This document shows, piece after piece, positions 24,212 through 37,005 of a stretch of DNA of 64,000 nucleotides; the first letter of the stretch is position 1, and the number at the start of each line of letters is the position of its first letter. The stretch comes from Squalus acanthias (taxonomy: Eukaryota): contig CM059432.1 of the NCBI GenBank assembly GCA_030390025.1, positions 14,262,001 through 14,326,000 of the forward strand. The letters run 5' to 3'. Both the position numbers and the translations under genes were made by a program. The notes under the pieces are model-generated. The model saw nothing but the letters and a program-made list of their open reading frames with translations. It was not told where the DNA came from and did not search any database.

Positions 24212-24744
24212 CATAAGAACATAAGAACATAAGAAATAGGAGCAGGAGTAGGCCAATCGGCCCTTCGAGCCTGCTCCGCCATTCAATAAGATCATGGCTG
24301 ATCTGATCCTCACCTCAAATCTAAAGAACACAAGAAGTAGGAGCAGGACCCGGCCACTCAGCCCCTGGGCCCGCTCCGCCACCCACAGGGCCGCGACCGA
24401 TCCGAACTCAGCCTCATGTCCAATTTCCTGCCCGCTCCCCGTAACCCCTAATTCCCTTTACTTCTAGGAAACTGTCTATTTCTGTTTTAAATTTATTTAA
24501 TGATGCAGCTTCCACAGCTTCCTGGGGCAGCAAATTCCACAGACCTACTACCCTCTGAGTGAAGAAGTTTCTCCTCATCTCAGTTTTGAAAGAGCAGCCC
24601 CTTATTCTAAGATTATGCCCCCTAGTTCTAGTTTCACCCATCCTTGGGAACATCCTTACCGCATCCACCCGATCAAGCCCCTTCACAATCTTATATGTTT
24701 CAATAAGATCGCCTCTCATTCTTCTGAACTCCAATGAGTAGAGT
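24212..24744 (-). mobile_element. CR1 3' fragment with a doubled 3' UTR
   Basis: ORF2 C-terminus 24414..24734; two successive tail motifs, each ending ctgctccta... Confidence 0.92.
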
Positions 24745-25465
24745 CATGTATGGTCTGCCCAGTTGTTCCGGGACATCAGTGGCCTAAATAGCATTCCTTA
24801 ACGGAACCACTGGAGGCTGCCTTCAAAAAAATAAGAAAACTTTGTCATCATTTTATTTCTGCAGAATCAAGAGTGCTTCTCCTGGCTCCACGAAAATACT
24901 GCAGCCTCACTGCTGGCCCAGGCCCCAGGCCCCAGGCCCGCCTCTCTCCGGTTTGCCATTTCCCACCCAGGACTACCTGCGGGCCAGCCGTAATTCCTAA
25001 GGCCCCGATCAGGTGCCCCTATGCACCTGGCCGGATTAATTCAATTGCGGCCCGATGACAAGTTTGGCTCGGGGGCCTCTTGCTGATGTTTTTTTGGTGC
25101 GCGTTCGATTGTGCTGTCCATTTTGCGGCAGAAACCGGCACGATCTGAATTTTCTCCCCAACGCCATAACCTGTCTTTTCTCTTCACAGATTCCAACTGG
25201 CGTAAAAGCCTACTTCCAGCATCTTCTGTTTTTATTTTAGATTTTCAACATTTGCAGTTTTTCTTTTTTTACTTTAAGGTCAAAAGAAATGGAAAGACTT
25301 GCATTCATATTGTGTTTTTCACAACCTCACTTCAGCATTAATGATCTGACACTGGATCTCACTACCACAATTATGTTTACAGAACACAATAAAGATACTT
25401 AGGAGTAAACATTCATTATCACGCTGGCATTTTCTCTATGTTGGGTTCTTTAAACTGATAATATT

Positions 25466-26221
25466 GGCCCAGAAATTCGGCTCCCTGGCTTCCCGCGGGT
25501 GCAAGGATCCTGCGCGCACCTACCTACCGCGCCTGCCGTTGACCTCTGGGCCCACGGGGACTTCAGCTCCTGGGCCTCTCCCTCGTGCCGGCGCGCAGTG
25601 CGTGCGTGTCCCAGGGGCGTCGTTAGTGCGATGCGTCCCCTGGGATCACGTGGGCCATGGAGAGCCAATGGCAGCAGACCATCTTTCATTCATAGATTGA
25701 CCTGTCAAATCTATGACTTGAAATCGGCCCCAAAACAACACCTAAACTTCAAATACATTTTTAAAAAACCATCACATTTTTAAAATAACTATAAGTTAAA
25801 TAAATTAACTACTTTAAACAAAAATTTTAATTTTTGAAAAAATTAAAATACTTTTTAACAGTGCTAAAAATAAACTTACCTTTCTTTAAAGTATCTAAAA
25901 AAGATAAACCTGTTGAAAAATTTTTTAAATTGTAATTAATTAACCACTTACCTTGCTGAAAACGGGTCTTGCACCTCCTTTTTAAAAGCGCAGGTTCTTC
26001 AATACTTACCCTCCCGGAGAAACCTGAAAAAAAACCTAAGTTTGCTGCGTGAGCGCAGCCTCTACTGCGCACGCGGTTCACCTCTGAACCTCCCCCTTCA
26101 CCAGACCGGAAGTTCCGGTTTTCCGCGCATGCGCAGTGCATGCAGTAAACCGGCACTTCAGGAGGCCTTACGGGTGAGTACACAGCGCGTACTCACCCGG
26201 GAAGGGCCGAATTTTTGGCCC
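25466..26221 (-). mobile_element. Harbinger-type MITE, family B, copy 1
   Basis: TIRs GGCCCAGAAATTCGG / CCGAATTTTTGGCCC; TSD ATT (25463-25465, 26222-26224); GC-rich arms around an AT-rich core; inverted homolog of 28850-29613. Confidence 0.88.
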
Positions 26222-28011
26222 ATTGTATTCCTGTAAATTGGAATTCCGATGGATTCCTAGTTTTGGAATCCCAGAAGCAAGAGAAGGGATGAGTGAAAAG
26301 CTAATGGGATAAATGTTGTGAGTTTGCCACAAAACAGTAAAACATAAAAAGGTGAGTCAGGGACCCGAGGGTTCAGTAGTTCATATTACATCCATGTGTA
26401 CTCAATCTGCCAAATATGTGTGTAACCAGGTTTGGCAATCAATGACCCAACTTGTCTAGTGGGGATTCTTGAAAGGCAAAGCGAAATGGGGTTGCATTCC
26501 TGAGGCAGTTCAACCGATTGTCTGCCATAACTGGTGGAAGAGCCTCAGATATCCAGGAACAACGGCATGAATGGTATATGAGAATCAAAGCCAGCTCTGG
26601 AAAGTGCCCGGGTAGTATAAACGCTGCTATTGATCCTGCAAAAAATGCCAATCTGAAGATTTATCTGAACCGTAACGACTCCCGAGGAAATCTCAGCGTC
26701 ATTTTTTTGTTACAATGAAGGCAAGTCAATTCTGGGACCAAACAATCAGTGAGCGAAGAACCAACTAAAGCTTAAGAGGACAAAGACTCAAGGGCTGATC
26801 CAGAAACCTTTTATTGCAATGAAGAAGTAGTGGGGGTGAATTTCTGTGGGGGGAAGCGGGGATACTGAGGGCGAGGGAAGAGAGGAAACCGAGGCCGTCC
26901 GCCAGATCTTCGTCGGAAAAACTGCAGAAACCCGGAAAACAGCACGTTTTCTTCCATGAGTTTTATTTTCCCTTTGGCACAAAGCATCATGCATTTGGCC
27001 TATTAGTGTGCCAGTTCTGTCAATGTAGTGTAATTTAGATTGTATCATGTTTAATTAGGTCCAATGCTTCAGAAAGGTGCAAACAAAATGCTGTAAGTAG
27101 TGTTCCTGAACATTTAGTCCCTGGCTGCAGGCGTTGTCTCATCTCCACCAAAGAAAATAACATTTGAACGATTGGAGTCTTAGTCTGCTCAAACATCTTC
27201 ACGCCTCTCTGTGCACCTGTCAAACAACAAAGGTTACACTTATGAGACATCTGTGCTTGTTGGGGTGCCTCTGGCTTCATTCTGTTGTTATGACACCTAA
27301 CACACATTTAAAAGAGAAATAAAGCACCTGGCTGGTTTAGTATCAAATATCCAGCATATGTGGTGACAGTCTGAAGGGGATTATTATGTTATCTGCAGTG
27401 GCCTGTAAAAAATGGATAGACTGTTCCCATTTTAAATCCCAACAGATTAGACATTATAAATGCAAAATTTTCCATCCATTGACTACCAATAGGCAGAAAA
27501 TCTACCAGTTTCTTTCCCATGGACTTATCTTAAACAGAACTACTGTCTGTCTCTTTAAGCCATCCTAGCTAAATCTGTCTGCTCAAATCAAAGGTGTCTC
27601 CTAATGATCTAATTAATGAGCCAGGCTGATGTATCAAAGTTAGACTGTTGTACTTTCTCTGACCTTTGTGTAGGCTTGCTATGATATGAAATGATTTATG
27701 ACTTCCCTTTGTGCAGAAGCCATCTTTCCCTTGGCATTGCATTAATTAGAAAAGAGCTGATATTCAAAGCAGTGTTAAACGATTGGCCAGAGTAAATTTC
27801 CCCTAAAGCTATGTTCTTGCAAGGAGCCTGACTTTTCCCCCAACAAGTCTACATTACATTTCATAACAAAAAAGAGGGACACTGGGACATTGCACTGTCT
27901 TAAGCTATCATATTTAATGCAGCTTTAATGGCATATATGTCAATCTCAGAAAAGGGAAAGTCACCTCCAAAATGTGCAGAACTTTCATTTCTGAGTTGGC
28001 CCATTCATTTT

Positions 28012-28840
28012 CATAAGAACATAGGAACAGGAGTAGGCCATTGAGCCCTTTGAGCCTGTTCTGCCATTCAATGAGATCATGGCTGATCTGCGACCTAACT
28101 CCATATACCCGCCTTTGGCCCATATCCCTTAATATCTTTGGTTAACAAAAATCCATCAATCTCAGATTTAAAATTAACAATTGATCTAGCATCAATTGCC
28201 GTTTACGGAAGAGAGTTCCAAACTTCTACCACCCTTTGTGTGTAGAAGTGTTTCCTAATTTCACTCCTGAAAGGCCTGGCTCTAATTTTTAGACTATGCC
28301 CCCTAGTCCTAGACTCCCCAACCAGCGGAAATAGTTTCTCTCTAGCTACCCTATCTGTTCCCCTTAATATCTTGAAAACTTTGATCAGATCATCCCTTAA
28401 TCTTCTAAATTCTAGGGAATACAACCCTAATTTGTGTAATCTCTCCTCGTAATTTAACACTTAAGTCCGGGTATCATTCTGGTAAACCTACGCTGCACTC
28501 CCTCCAACTCCAATATATCCTTCCTAAGGTGTGGTGCCCAGAACCGCTCACAGTACTCCAGGTGTGGTCTAACCAGGGTTTTGTATAGCTGCAGCATAAC
28601 TTCTACCCTCTTGTATTCTAGTCCTTTAGATATAAAGGCCAGTATTCCACTAGCCTTTTTGATTATTTTCTGTACCTGTTCATGACATTTTAATGATCCA
28701 TGTACCTGGACCCCCCAAGTCTCTTTGGACCTCCACTGTTGCTAGCTTTTCACCATTTAGAAAGTACCCTGTTCTATCCCTTTTGGGTCCAAAGTGGATG
28801 ACCTCACATTTGCTTACATTGAAATCCATTTGCCACAGTT
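28012..28840 (-). mobile_element. CR1 3' fragment
   Basis: YEERLHKLGLYSLEFRRLRDDLI...SRTRGHSLK...WNSLP; cataagaacatagg tail. Confidence 0.93.
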
Positions 28841-28849
28841 TTTTATATT

Positions 28850-29613
28850 GGCCCGAAAATTAAACCTAATACGCGAGAGTACGCACTGTGTACTCTCGCG
28901 TATTAGATCCCGAATTGCCGGTTTCCTGCATGCACTGCGCATGCGCGGGAAACCGGCACTTCGTGAATTGAAAAGGGGGCGGTTCCTAAGTGAACCGCAT
29001 GCGCGCTACAGGCTGTGCGCACGCAGTGCACTTAGTTTTTTTTTCAGCTTTGAACGCGCAGGTAAGTGGTGAAGATTTTACACACAAAGAAAGCAGGCGT
29101 AGGACCCCCTTTTAACAAGGTAAGTAGTTAATTAAGTGCTTTTTAAAAAAAAATTCAACAGGTTTATCTTTTTTAGAGACTTTAAAGGAAGGTAAGTTTA
29201 TTTTTATAACTTTTAAAAAGATTTAAAAAAATTTCAAAAATTTAATTTTTTGTTTAAAGTGGTTAATTTATTTAACTATACTTATTTTATTAATGTGATG
29301 GCTTTTTTTTTAATTTAATTGAGGTTTAGCTGTTCTTTTGGGGGTGTGTAGTATTCATAGCTTTGACAGCTCTTGCCGTCAAAACTATGAATGAAAGATG
29401 GTGTGCTGCCATTGGCTCTAACTGAATCACGTGATCCCAGAGCTCGCACGAACTAATTGCGCCTCTGGGTCACGCAAGCACTGCACGGTTCCAACAGAGA
29501 GAGCCTTTGAAACTAAAGTTCGTGTGGGCCCGGAGCAAAAAGGTAGGCGCAGAGTGCGATATCGCGGGGAATCCTTACCCCCGCGGGAACCATCCATGTT
29601 TAATTTCTGGGCC
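28850..29613 (+). mobile_element. Harbinger-type MITE, family B, copy 2
   Basis: TIRs GGCCCGAAAATTAAAC / GTTTAATTTCTGGGCC; TSD ATT (28847-28849, 29614-29616). Confidence 0.88.
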
Positions 29614-29999
29614 ATTATAACATATTTTCCTTGCTTTAGGCTATGCAGGTGATTTTGATAATCTCTCTGATAATAATTAAAATTATCAATCAGATTCTCG
29701 GCTTCATTAAGCTATCATAAAATAGGAACTAGGCTTGGTTAAATGTGCGTTGTGCATCTCACACTACAATGTGTCAATATCCTGCTGAACAAGCCTCAAG
29801 TGGGGGGCCGAGGACCTTCAGAATTGCTACGGGGTCCATGAGGTCATCAAATCTCTGTCTTTCTCATCAGATTTCTGTATCACTTTGCCTTTGTTGACTT
29901 ATTCATACATTATTTCTGTTGCTATATATACTAATAAATATACTTTCTGTAATTATAGCACTGTTTTGCTTTGGTTAGCTGACATTACAGTCTTTTGGA

Positions 30000-30145
30000 A
30001 ATTCGGACAGGAGGTCCCTTGGAGTGTGTCAATATTTGCAGGGGTCCCCAAGTGTGTTCCAATGTTTGGAAGGGGTCCTGGAATGTCAATATTCGCAGGT
30101 GAGCCTGAGGGAAGCGTTAGAAGTTTGCAAGAGGTCCTCAAAAAT
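30000..30145. repeat. Degenerate minisatellite of about 30 bp (aatatttgcaggggtccc-like)
   Basis: Four to five decayed units; a related array lies at about 57040-57128. Confidence 0.55.
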
Positions 30146-30688
30146 GTGTCACGAAGGCAGCCCAGAAATGACAGAATGAGTTAAACAAAACATGTGAGCC
30201 GGCTGAACAATGACAGATGAAATTTAATGCAGACGACTGTAAAGTTCTGCCCACAGGATCAATGTAAATGAAAATTGGGCGGTTTCTAAAACGGGCAGCC
30301 AATCCGCAATGCTGGGCGGCACTGAAAATCTACCCTTCTGTTTCTCTCGTCTAACTAGTTTTTAATCCAATGTTCTACCTTATCCTAATTTCATACACCT
30401 TAGTCCTCTCCAATAGTCTCCCATGTGGCACCTAACTGAGAATAAATTGCTTCAACACCTAAACCTACATTGTTCTCAGCGTAAGCATAGTCATACCAAG
30501 ACCTGAATATATCAATGTACTCCTCCAGTAAATACCATGTAATGAAAATGGACAATATTTTCATAAGTTATATGTACTTTTGACAACTCAATTATAAAAG
30601 CTGTAAAATATGTCTCAAAACTGACAGAAAGGAGAAGTACTCACCTTTGGGAATAGTTATGATTGTTCTAATAAAGGTATAGTCCACA

Positions 30689-31519
30689 TGACAAGGCCTT
30701 GGACAACGTGGACCACTTTCCATACCTCGGGAGCCTACTGTCAACAAGGGCAGACGTCGATGACAAAGTCCAACACCGCCTTCAGTGTGCCAGTGCAGCC
30801 TTCGGTCGCCTGAGGAAAAGAGTGTTTGAAGACCAGGACCTCAAACCCGGCACTAAGCTCATGGTCTACAGAGCAGCAGTGATACCTGCCCTGCTGTATG
30901 CCTCAGAGACATGGGCCATGTACAGCAGGCACCTCAAAGCACTGGAGAGGTACCACCAACGCTGCCTCTGCAAGATCCTGCAAATCCATTGGCAGGATAG
31001 GCACACCAACGTCAGTGTTCTCGCTCAGGCCAACATCCCCAGAATCTTAGCTTTGCCCACGCTCGATCAGCTCCGATGGATGGGTCACATTTTCCGCATG
31101 CCCGATACGAGACTCTCAAAACAAGCGCTCTACTCGGAGCTCTGGCACGGCAAGAGAGCCTTAGGTGGGCAGAGGAAACGCTTCAAGGACACCCTCAAAG
31201 CCTCCTTGAAAAAGTGTAATATCCCCACCGACACCTGGGAATCACTGGCCCAAGACCGCACAAAGTGGAGGAGAAGCATCCGGGAAGGCGCTGAACACCT
31301 CGAGTCTCTTTGCCGGGAGCAAGCAGAAGCCAAGTGCAGGCAGCGCAAGGAGCACATGTCAACCCAAGCACCCCACCCACCCGTCCGTTCAACCACCGTC
31401 TGCCCCACCTGTGACAGAGACTGTAGGTCCCGCATTGGACTTATCAGTCACCTGAGAACTCATTTTTAATGTGGAAGCAAGTCATCCTTGGTTCCGAGGG
31501 ACTGCCTAAGAAGAGAAGA
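30689..31519 (+). mobile_element. RTE-clade LINE, 5'-truncated, with TSD
   Basis: Open 256-aa ORF end (FPYLGS...VIPALLYASETW...LRWMGH...C2H2); 10-bp TSD ATAGTCCACA (30679-30688, 31520-31529); AAG-rich tail. Confidence 0.93.
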
Positions 31520-31734
31520 ATAGTCCACACACTGACAGAAAAAAAAAATTAATGCTATTGGCAAAATCAGAGGCATGCTACTCCTTTAAGACTCTTTGAT
31601 CAGAACCCACATCAATTCCCCTTATGTTGTCCTGTGACACCCCTCTTTCTCCTCAGGCAGTTACTTTCCGTTTTTTTTGACCAGAGCAGGAATCTCTGCA
31701 TTGGGCTCAGTGTGATTCCACACAATCTCAGTTC

Positions 31735-32775
31735 CTTTGGTTGGCAGACAGGAAGCAAAGAGTTGGAATAAACGGGTCTTTTTCCGAGTAGCAGGCAGTG
31801 ACTAGTGGGGTACCGCAGGGATCGGTGCTAGGACTCCAGCTATTCACAATATATATAAATAATCTAGACGAGGGAACTAGATGTAATATCTCCAAGTTTG
31901 CAGATGACACAAAGCTGGGTGGGCGTGTGTGCTGTGAGGAGGATGCAGAGAAACTCCAGTATGATTTGGACAGGCTGGGTGATTGGGCAGATGCATGGCA
32001 AATGCAGTATAATGTGGATAAATGCGAGGTTATCCACTTCGGTAGCAAAAACAGGAGGACAGATTATTATCTGAACGGCAATAGATTGGGAAAAGTGGAA
32101 GTGCAATGAGACCTGGGTGTCCTTGTGCACCAGTCGTTGAAGGTAAGCATGCAAGTGCAGCAGGTGGTTAAGAAGGCAAATGGTATGTTGGCCTTCATAA
32201 CGAGACCACACCTTGAGTATTGTGTGCAGTTTTGGTCAACTTATCTGAGGAAGGATGTTCTTGCCATGGAGAGAGTGCAGCGAAGATTCACCAGACTGAT
32301 ACCTGGGATGGCAGGAATGACTAATGAGGAGAGATTGGGTCGATTAGGCTTATATTCGCTAGAGTTTAGAAGAATGAGAGGGGATCTCATTGAAACTTAT
32401 AAAATTCTAACAGGACTAGACAGACTAGATGCAGGAAGGATGTTCCCGATGGCGGGGGAGTCCAGAACCAGGGGTCACAGTCTAAGGGTAAGCGGTAAGC
32501 CATTTAGGACTGAGATGAGGAGGAATTTCTTCACCCAGAGAGTGGTGAACCTGTGGAATTCTCTACCATAGAAGGCAGTTGAGGCCAATTCATTAAATAT
32601 ATTCAAGAAGGAGTTAGATATATTTCTTAAGGCTAAAGGGATCAAGGGATATGGGGAGAAAGCAGGGACAGGGTACTGAATTTGGATGATCAGCCATGAT
32701 CTCATTAAATAGTGGAACAGGCTCGAGGGGCCGAATGGCCTACTCCTGCTCCTATCTTCTATGTTTCTATGTTTC
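31735..32775 (+). mobile_element. CR1 RT-to-3' fragment, with stops and an internal deletion
   Basis: [31 protein letters not shown]; (TTCTATGT)n tail. Confidence 0.95.
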
Positions 32776-33682
32776 ATTGCAAAGGGCAGGGAAATATTCC
32801 TCCTGTTACATTTGAAATAGACCAACCATTCAACTATTAATGAAACAAGTTTACACACTAAAATTACATTTATTGTCATAAGAAATCCTCCCAGCAATGT
32901 ACAAAAAACAACTGAGAACAATTGTTAAAATAACCTTTAAAACATGACTATGACTGTCTAGATTAGCATCCTAAACCAACCTGACGGTGCAGATAAATAC
33001 ACTGGATAACTAAATGCCCTAAGAGAACACCAACATGCAGCCTGAATGGGATGAGTGGGAAATATGTGTGTTACGCCTTCATGTGAAGAATGAGGACTAA
33101 GCTGTACCTTTCTTCGTTTATTATACCCCGCATACCCTGGATTATTTTCCCACGGTAGTTCACGCAGGAAAGAAAAAGAAGCTTGTTCACCACGCATCCA
33201 GAGCAGGGCAAAGCTCTGTCATGTTGCACACTTGTGTCACTGCACAAGTAAAATTAACATTACATAGCAGAAGTAAAATTAGTAGCACTTGTTGAAAGAG
33301 AGTTGATTGCTCACAACTTTGTTGGAACGTCACTAACCCAACACAATAGGCAACAGAGTTTGGCTGAGTACACCGTGATTCCATTAGGATTCCCTAACCT
33401 TTTAGCTGATGGCAAAGAATGATGCAATGAACTAGCTGAGAATTTGGTCATTGTTTTGACCTAAAGGCTTTGTTCAGTTAGACGCAGCATGGTCAGATTG
33501 TCTTAGTTATACGATCAGTTTAAGATTTCACCTGCTGCTCACATAGTGGAATTCGTAGTTCTTTTCAGACATGTTAGCAACAAGGTAGAGGAGGCACAAT
33601 AACGTCCGCCAAATGCAATTTAGACAGCACCGTACGCAGGAATTGCAGAATACTAATAGGTCTATCAGTTTTTAATAGTCAG

Positions 33683-33717
33683 GTTCTGACGAAAGGTCAT
33701 CGACCTGAAACGTTAAC
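33683..33717 (+). ncRNA. Minimal type-I hammerhead ribozyme motif
   Basis: gtt - CTGACGA - A - aggtc/atc/gacct - GAAACGTT (palindromic ACGT, GUU triplet) - aac. Confidence 0.75.
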
Positions 33718-33780
33718 TCTGTTTCTCTCGCCACAGATGCTGCCTGACCTGCTGAGTATTTCCAGCATTTTGTGTTTTTA
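33684..33780 (+). mobile_element. 97-bp solo Penelope-like pLTR insertion
   Basis: Flanked by a perfect 15-bp direct repeat TTTTTAATAGTCAGG (33669-33683, 33781-33795); same family as the 8957 and 9254 elements. Confidence 0.8.
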
Positions 33781-33864
33781 TTTTTAATAGTCAGGCAATT
33801 GGTGCTGGAATCCCCATCTTTTCTAGCAGGGGTGATTCATTCTGTACGAACGAGCAAAGACTGA

Positions 33865-35649
33865 GGCCGCAATTTCCCCTACCTCGGCGGGTCTGTTGTG
33901 GGTGACATCGGTGGTGGGTCCCGACCCTGCTGCCGGCTCCAGCCCACTGTCCAAAATTAATTTCCTCTGATTGGGTTTGTTAAGCCCACCCAGCGCATTT
34001 GCCGGCCAATTGAAGGAAGCGGATCTGATGACGTCATTTGATGACGCGTCATCAGCCGGATTCCTTAAAGGGACTATGCGCAAATTGATTTTGGCATTTG
34101 TGCTGTCAGTGTTCTACAGCATTGAGGTGCTGCAAACACTGACAAGCACAGCACAGAGGTGGACGTTTGCACCCAGGCTCTCCCATGACTCTCTCCATAT
34201 GCTTATGGAGGGAGTCACAGCACGCAGGGAGGTTCTCTTCCCTTCCCATGGGCAGAAGAGACCTCCCCAGGAGATCAATGCAGTCTGGTTGCACATTGCA
34301 CAGGAGGGCACAAGCAGGGATGTCGTCAGGAGGACCAGTTTGCAGTGACGCAAACCTTTCAATGATCACAAAACGTTAGTACAAAGCCACACTCAACCTC
34401 ATCCTGCTGTGCCATTCATCACATCTCCATCACTCTGCCTTCCCTACCCTACTCGTGCACATCCTTACTCACACCAACTTACCTTGCACCTCCACCCATC
34501 CCTCTCTATCTACATTATCACATCCCCATCTCACTAGCCACCCCTCACACTCACCCTCATCCTAGTGCAATCATACCAACTAACAACACACAAAGGTAGG
34601 CACTTGGGTGTTTTATGCAATGTTCATGTAAAGTTTCTGTTAATGTGGTGTCAAACATTGAAACCTTTATTTTCAACACTTTGTGTTCTTGGACAGATCT
34701 GTGTGCACCTTTGGAAGTGGCTTAGTGAGTTGCAGTGAATGGTGAGACAAAACGGTAGCCCCCCCCCCCCTCCCCGCAATGGTCATGAGTGTGAAAGGAA
34801 TGGCTTGGGCATTGTAGGGATGCTTTATGGTGTTGGTGTGGGGTGGTGCCAACCTGGTGCATCACGTGGCAGCCAGGGTATACAGTGTCAAGTGAAGTAA
34901 ACCTGGCTGTGGTAAGGCCATCCCTGGCCTCCTGGGCAGCAATGTGGTCGAGTGCTGATACCCTCTGTCTTGTGCAGCATCAGGTGATTGCGGAGAAGGT
35001 TGATGTTGTTGGTGCTGCTGGTGTGCCTGGTGCTGCTAGTGTTGGGGCTGATCGTGACGGGATTCTGAGGACCACGGTGAGATAGTTTCAAGGGCACCGA
35101 TGCTGATGTAATAGATGGCAGGTGATCTTGAGATGACAGAAGCGATCTGTCAATGGTGAGTGAGGTTGTTCCAATGAGGTGACACTGGACAGAGAGTTTG
35201 CTCCAAACACTTGCAACCTGCCTAAAGCTCAATCTGTCTTCCAAATGCAATAAGCAACAGCTTTTAACATTGGAAAGTGAACAGATGTGAGATGGGAGCT
35301 TTTATAACACATTTTCAGCTGTCTAGTAATGAGATGATTCCATGGTCATACGACTCCTGACCTGCTTACTTGACGTGATCCCCGAGCAGTGTCGACCCCG
35401 TGGGCGACCTTGTAAAATGTAAAGGAGCGCTCAAAATACTTCTTAATGGGCTGTTAACAAGGTCATATGACCTGAATTGGTTCCCCCGCCGCTGCGTGTC
35501 GGGTCTGTTCAGCATTGACAGACCCAACATCTGGGAAAGGCACATGGCTGGGGGTTGACAGCAAGGTCCCAACCCGCTGTCAAAAAACTTTTTTCCCCCA
35601 CCCGACCCACCACCGAATGTGCCCGCTGACCCCCCGAAAAACTCTCCCC
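33865..35649 (+). mobile_element. Degenerate non-autonomous Harbinger with a Myb-domain remnant
   Basis: TGA flanks both ends (33862-33864, 35650-35652); TIRs are weak. About 34165-34370 reads APRLSHDSLHMLMEGVTARREVLFP...AVWLHIAQEGTSRDVVRRTSLQ*RKPFND, which parallels Myb exon 1 of the intact element. Confidence 0.7.
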
Positions 35650-36189
35650 TGAGTCTTCAGTTGGAGCAGTAGTCCGTCAACAAAAATGAGGCGGTACCTT
35701 GAAATTCCAGCCTGTTTTTGTGCCAGGTGGACTGTAGTTTCCTTGGCTCCAATTCTCCCACTGCATAAACTCTCCAGACAATGAAAGGTTGTTAGTAGTA
35801 ATTGATCAGAGATGGAGAAGGAGATTGAAGAGCATTTCCACTGGAATGTTGTCCTAAATTCTGGCAGGGTTCTGTGAAGTTTGGACCCAGACTTATTAAT
35901 TGTTTTAAGAGTGTGTGTTTGGGAGACCACTGGGCCACTATATTGGGCTGAGGGTTCATGAAGAACTTTGCACCTGAAGATATGCAGATGACCACTGCCA
36001 ACAATCCCAAAGCTCCAAGGTTGGCTTTTGCTATGATTCTACTGTCTGAGCTGAAAGGAAGAAAAGAAAGACTTCTATTCCTATAGCGCCTTTCACGACC
36101 TCAGGACATCCCAAAGCACTTTACAGCCAATGAAAAGCTTTTGAAGTGTAGTCACTGTTGCAATGAACAAGTTTCTCTTTATTTTTTTT

Positions 36190-37005
36190 ATATTCGTTCA
36201 CGGGATGTGGGCGTCGCTGGCAAGGCCAGCATTTATTGCCCGTCCCTATTTGCCCTTGAGAAGGTGGTGGTGAGCCGCCTTCTTGAACCGCTGCAGTCCG
36301 TGTGGTGAAGGTACTCCCACAGTGCTGTTAGGGAGGGTGTTCCAGGATTTTGACCCAGCGATGATGAAGGATCGGTGATATACTTCCAAGTCAGGATGGT
36401 GTGTGACTTGGAGGTGGTGGTGTTCCCATGCACTTGCTGCCCTTGTCCTTCTAGGTGGTAGAGGTCACGGGTTTGGGAGGTGCTGCCGAAGAAGCCTTGG
36501 CGAGTTGCTGCAGTGCATCTTGTAGATGGTACACACTGCAGCCACGGTGTGCTGTTGGTGGAGGGAGTGAATGTTTAAGGTGGTAGATGGGGTGCCAATC
36601 AAGCAGGCTGCTTTGTCTTGGATGCTGTCGAGCTTCTTGAGTGTTGTTGGAGCTGCACTCATCCAGGCAATTGGAGAGTATTCCATCACACTCCTTACTT
36701 GTGCCTTGTAGATGGTGGAAAGGCTTTGGGGAGTCAGGAGGTGAGACACTCGCCGCAGAATACCTAGCCTCTGACCTGCTCTTGCTGCCACAGTATTTAT
36801 GTGGCTGGTCCAGTTAAATTTCTGGTCAATGGTGACCCCCAGGATGTTGATGGTGGGGCATTCGGCGATGGTAATGCCATTGAATGTCAAGGATGGTGGT
36901 TAGACTCTCTCTTGTTGGAGATAGTCAATGCCTGGCACTTCTGTGGCGCGAATGTTACCTGCCACTTATCAGCCCAAGCCTGAATGTCGTCCAGGTCTTG
37001 TTGCA
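36190..37005 (-). mobile_element. CR1/L2-group LINE (second family), RT C-terminus plus 3' tail
   Basis: INILGVTIDQKFNWTSHINTVAARAGQRLGILRR...IYKAQVRSVMEYSPIAW...LDSIQDKA; tail gggcaataaatgctggccttgccagcgacgcccacatcc. Confidence 0.9.

Noticed and set aside
30000..30145. CRISPR-like repeat-spacer array
   Set aside because: Degenerate head-to-tail minisatellite without unique spacers, in eukaryotic DNA with no cas genes.
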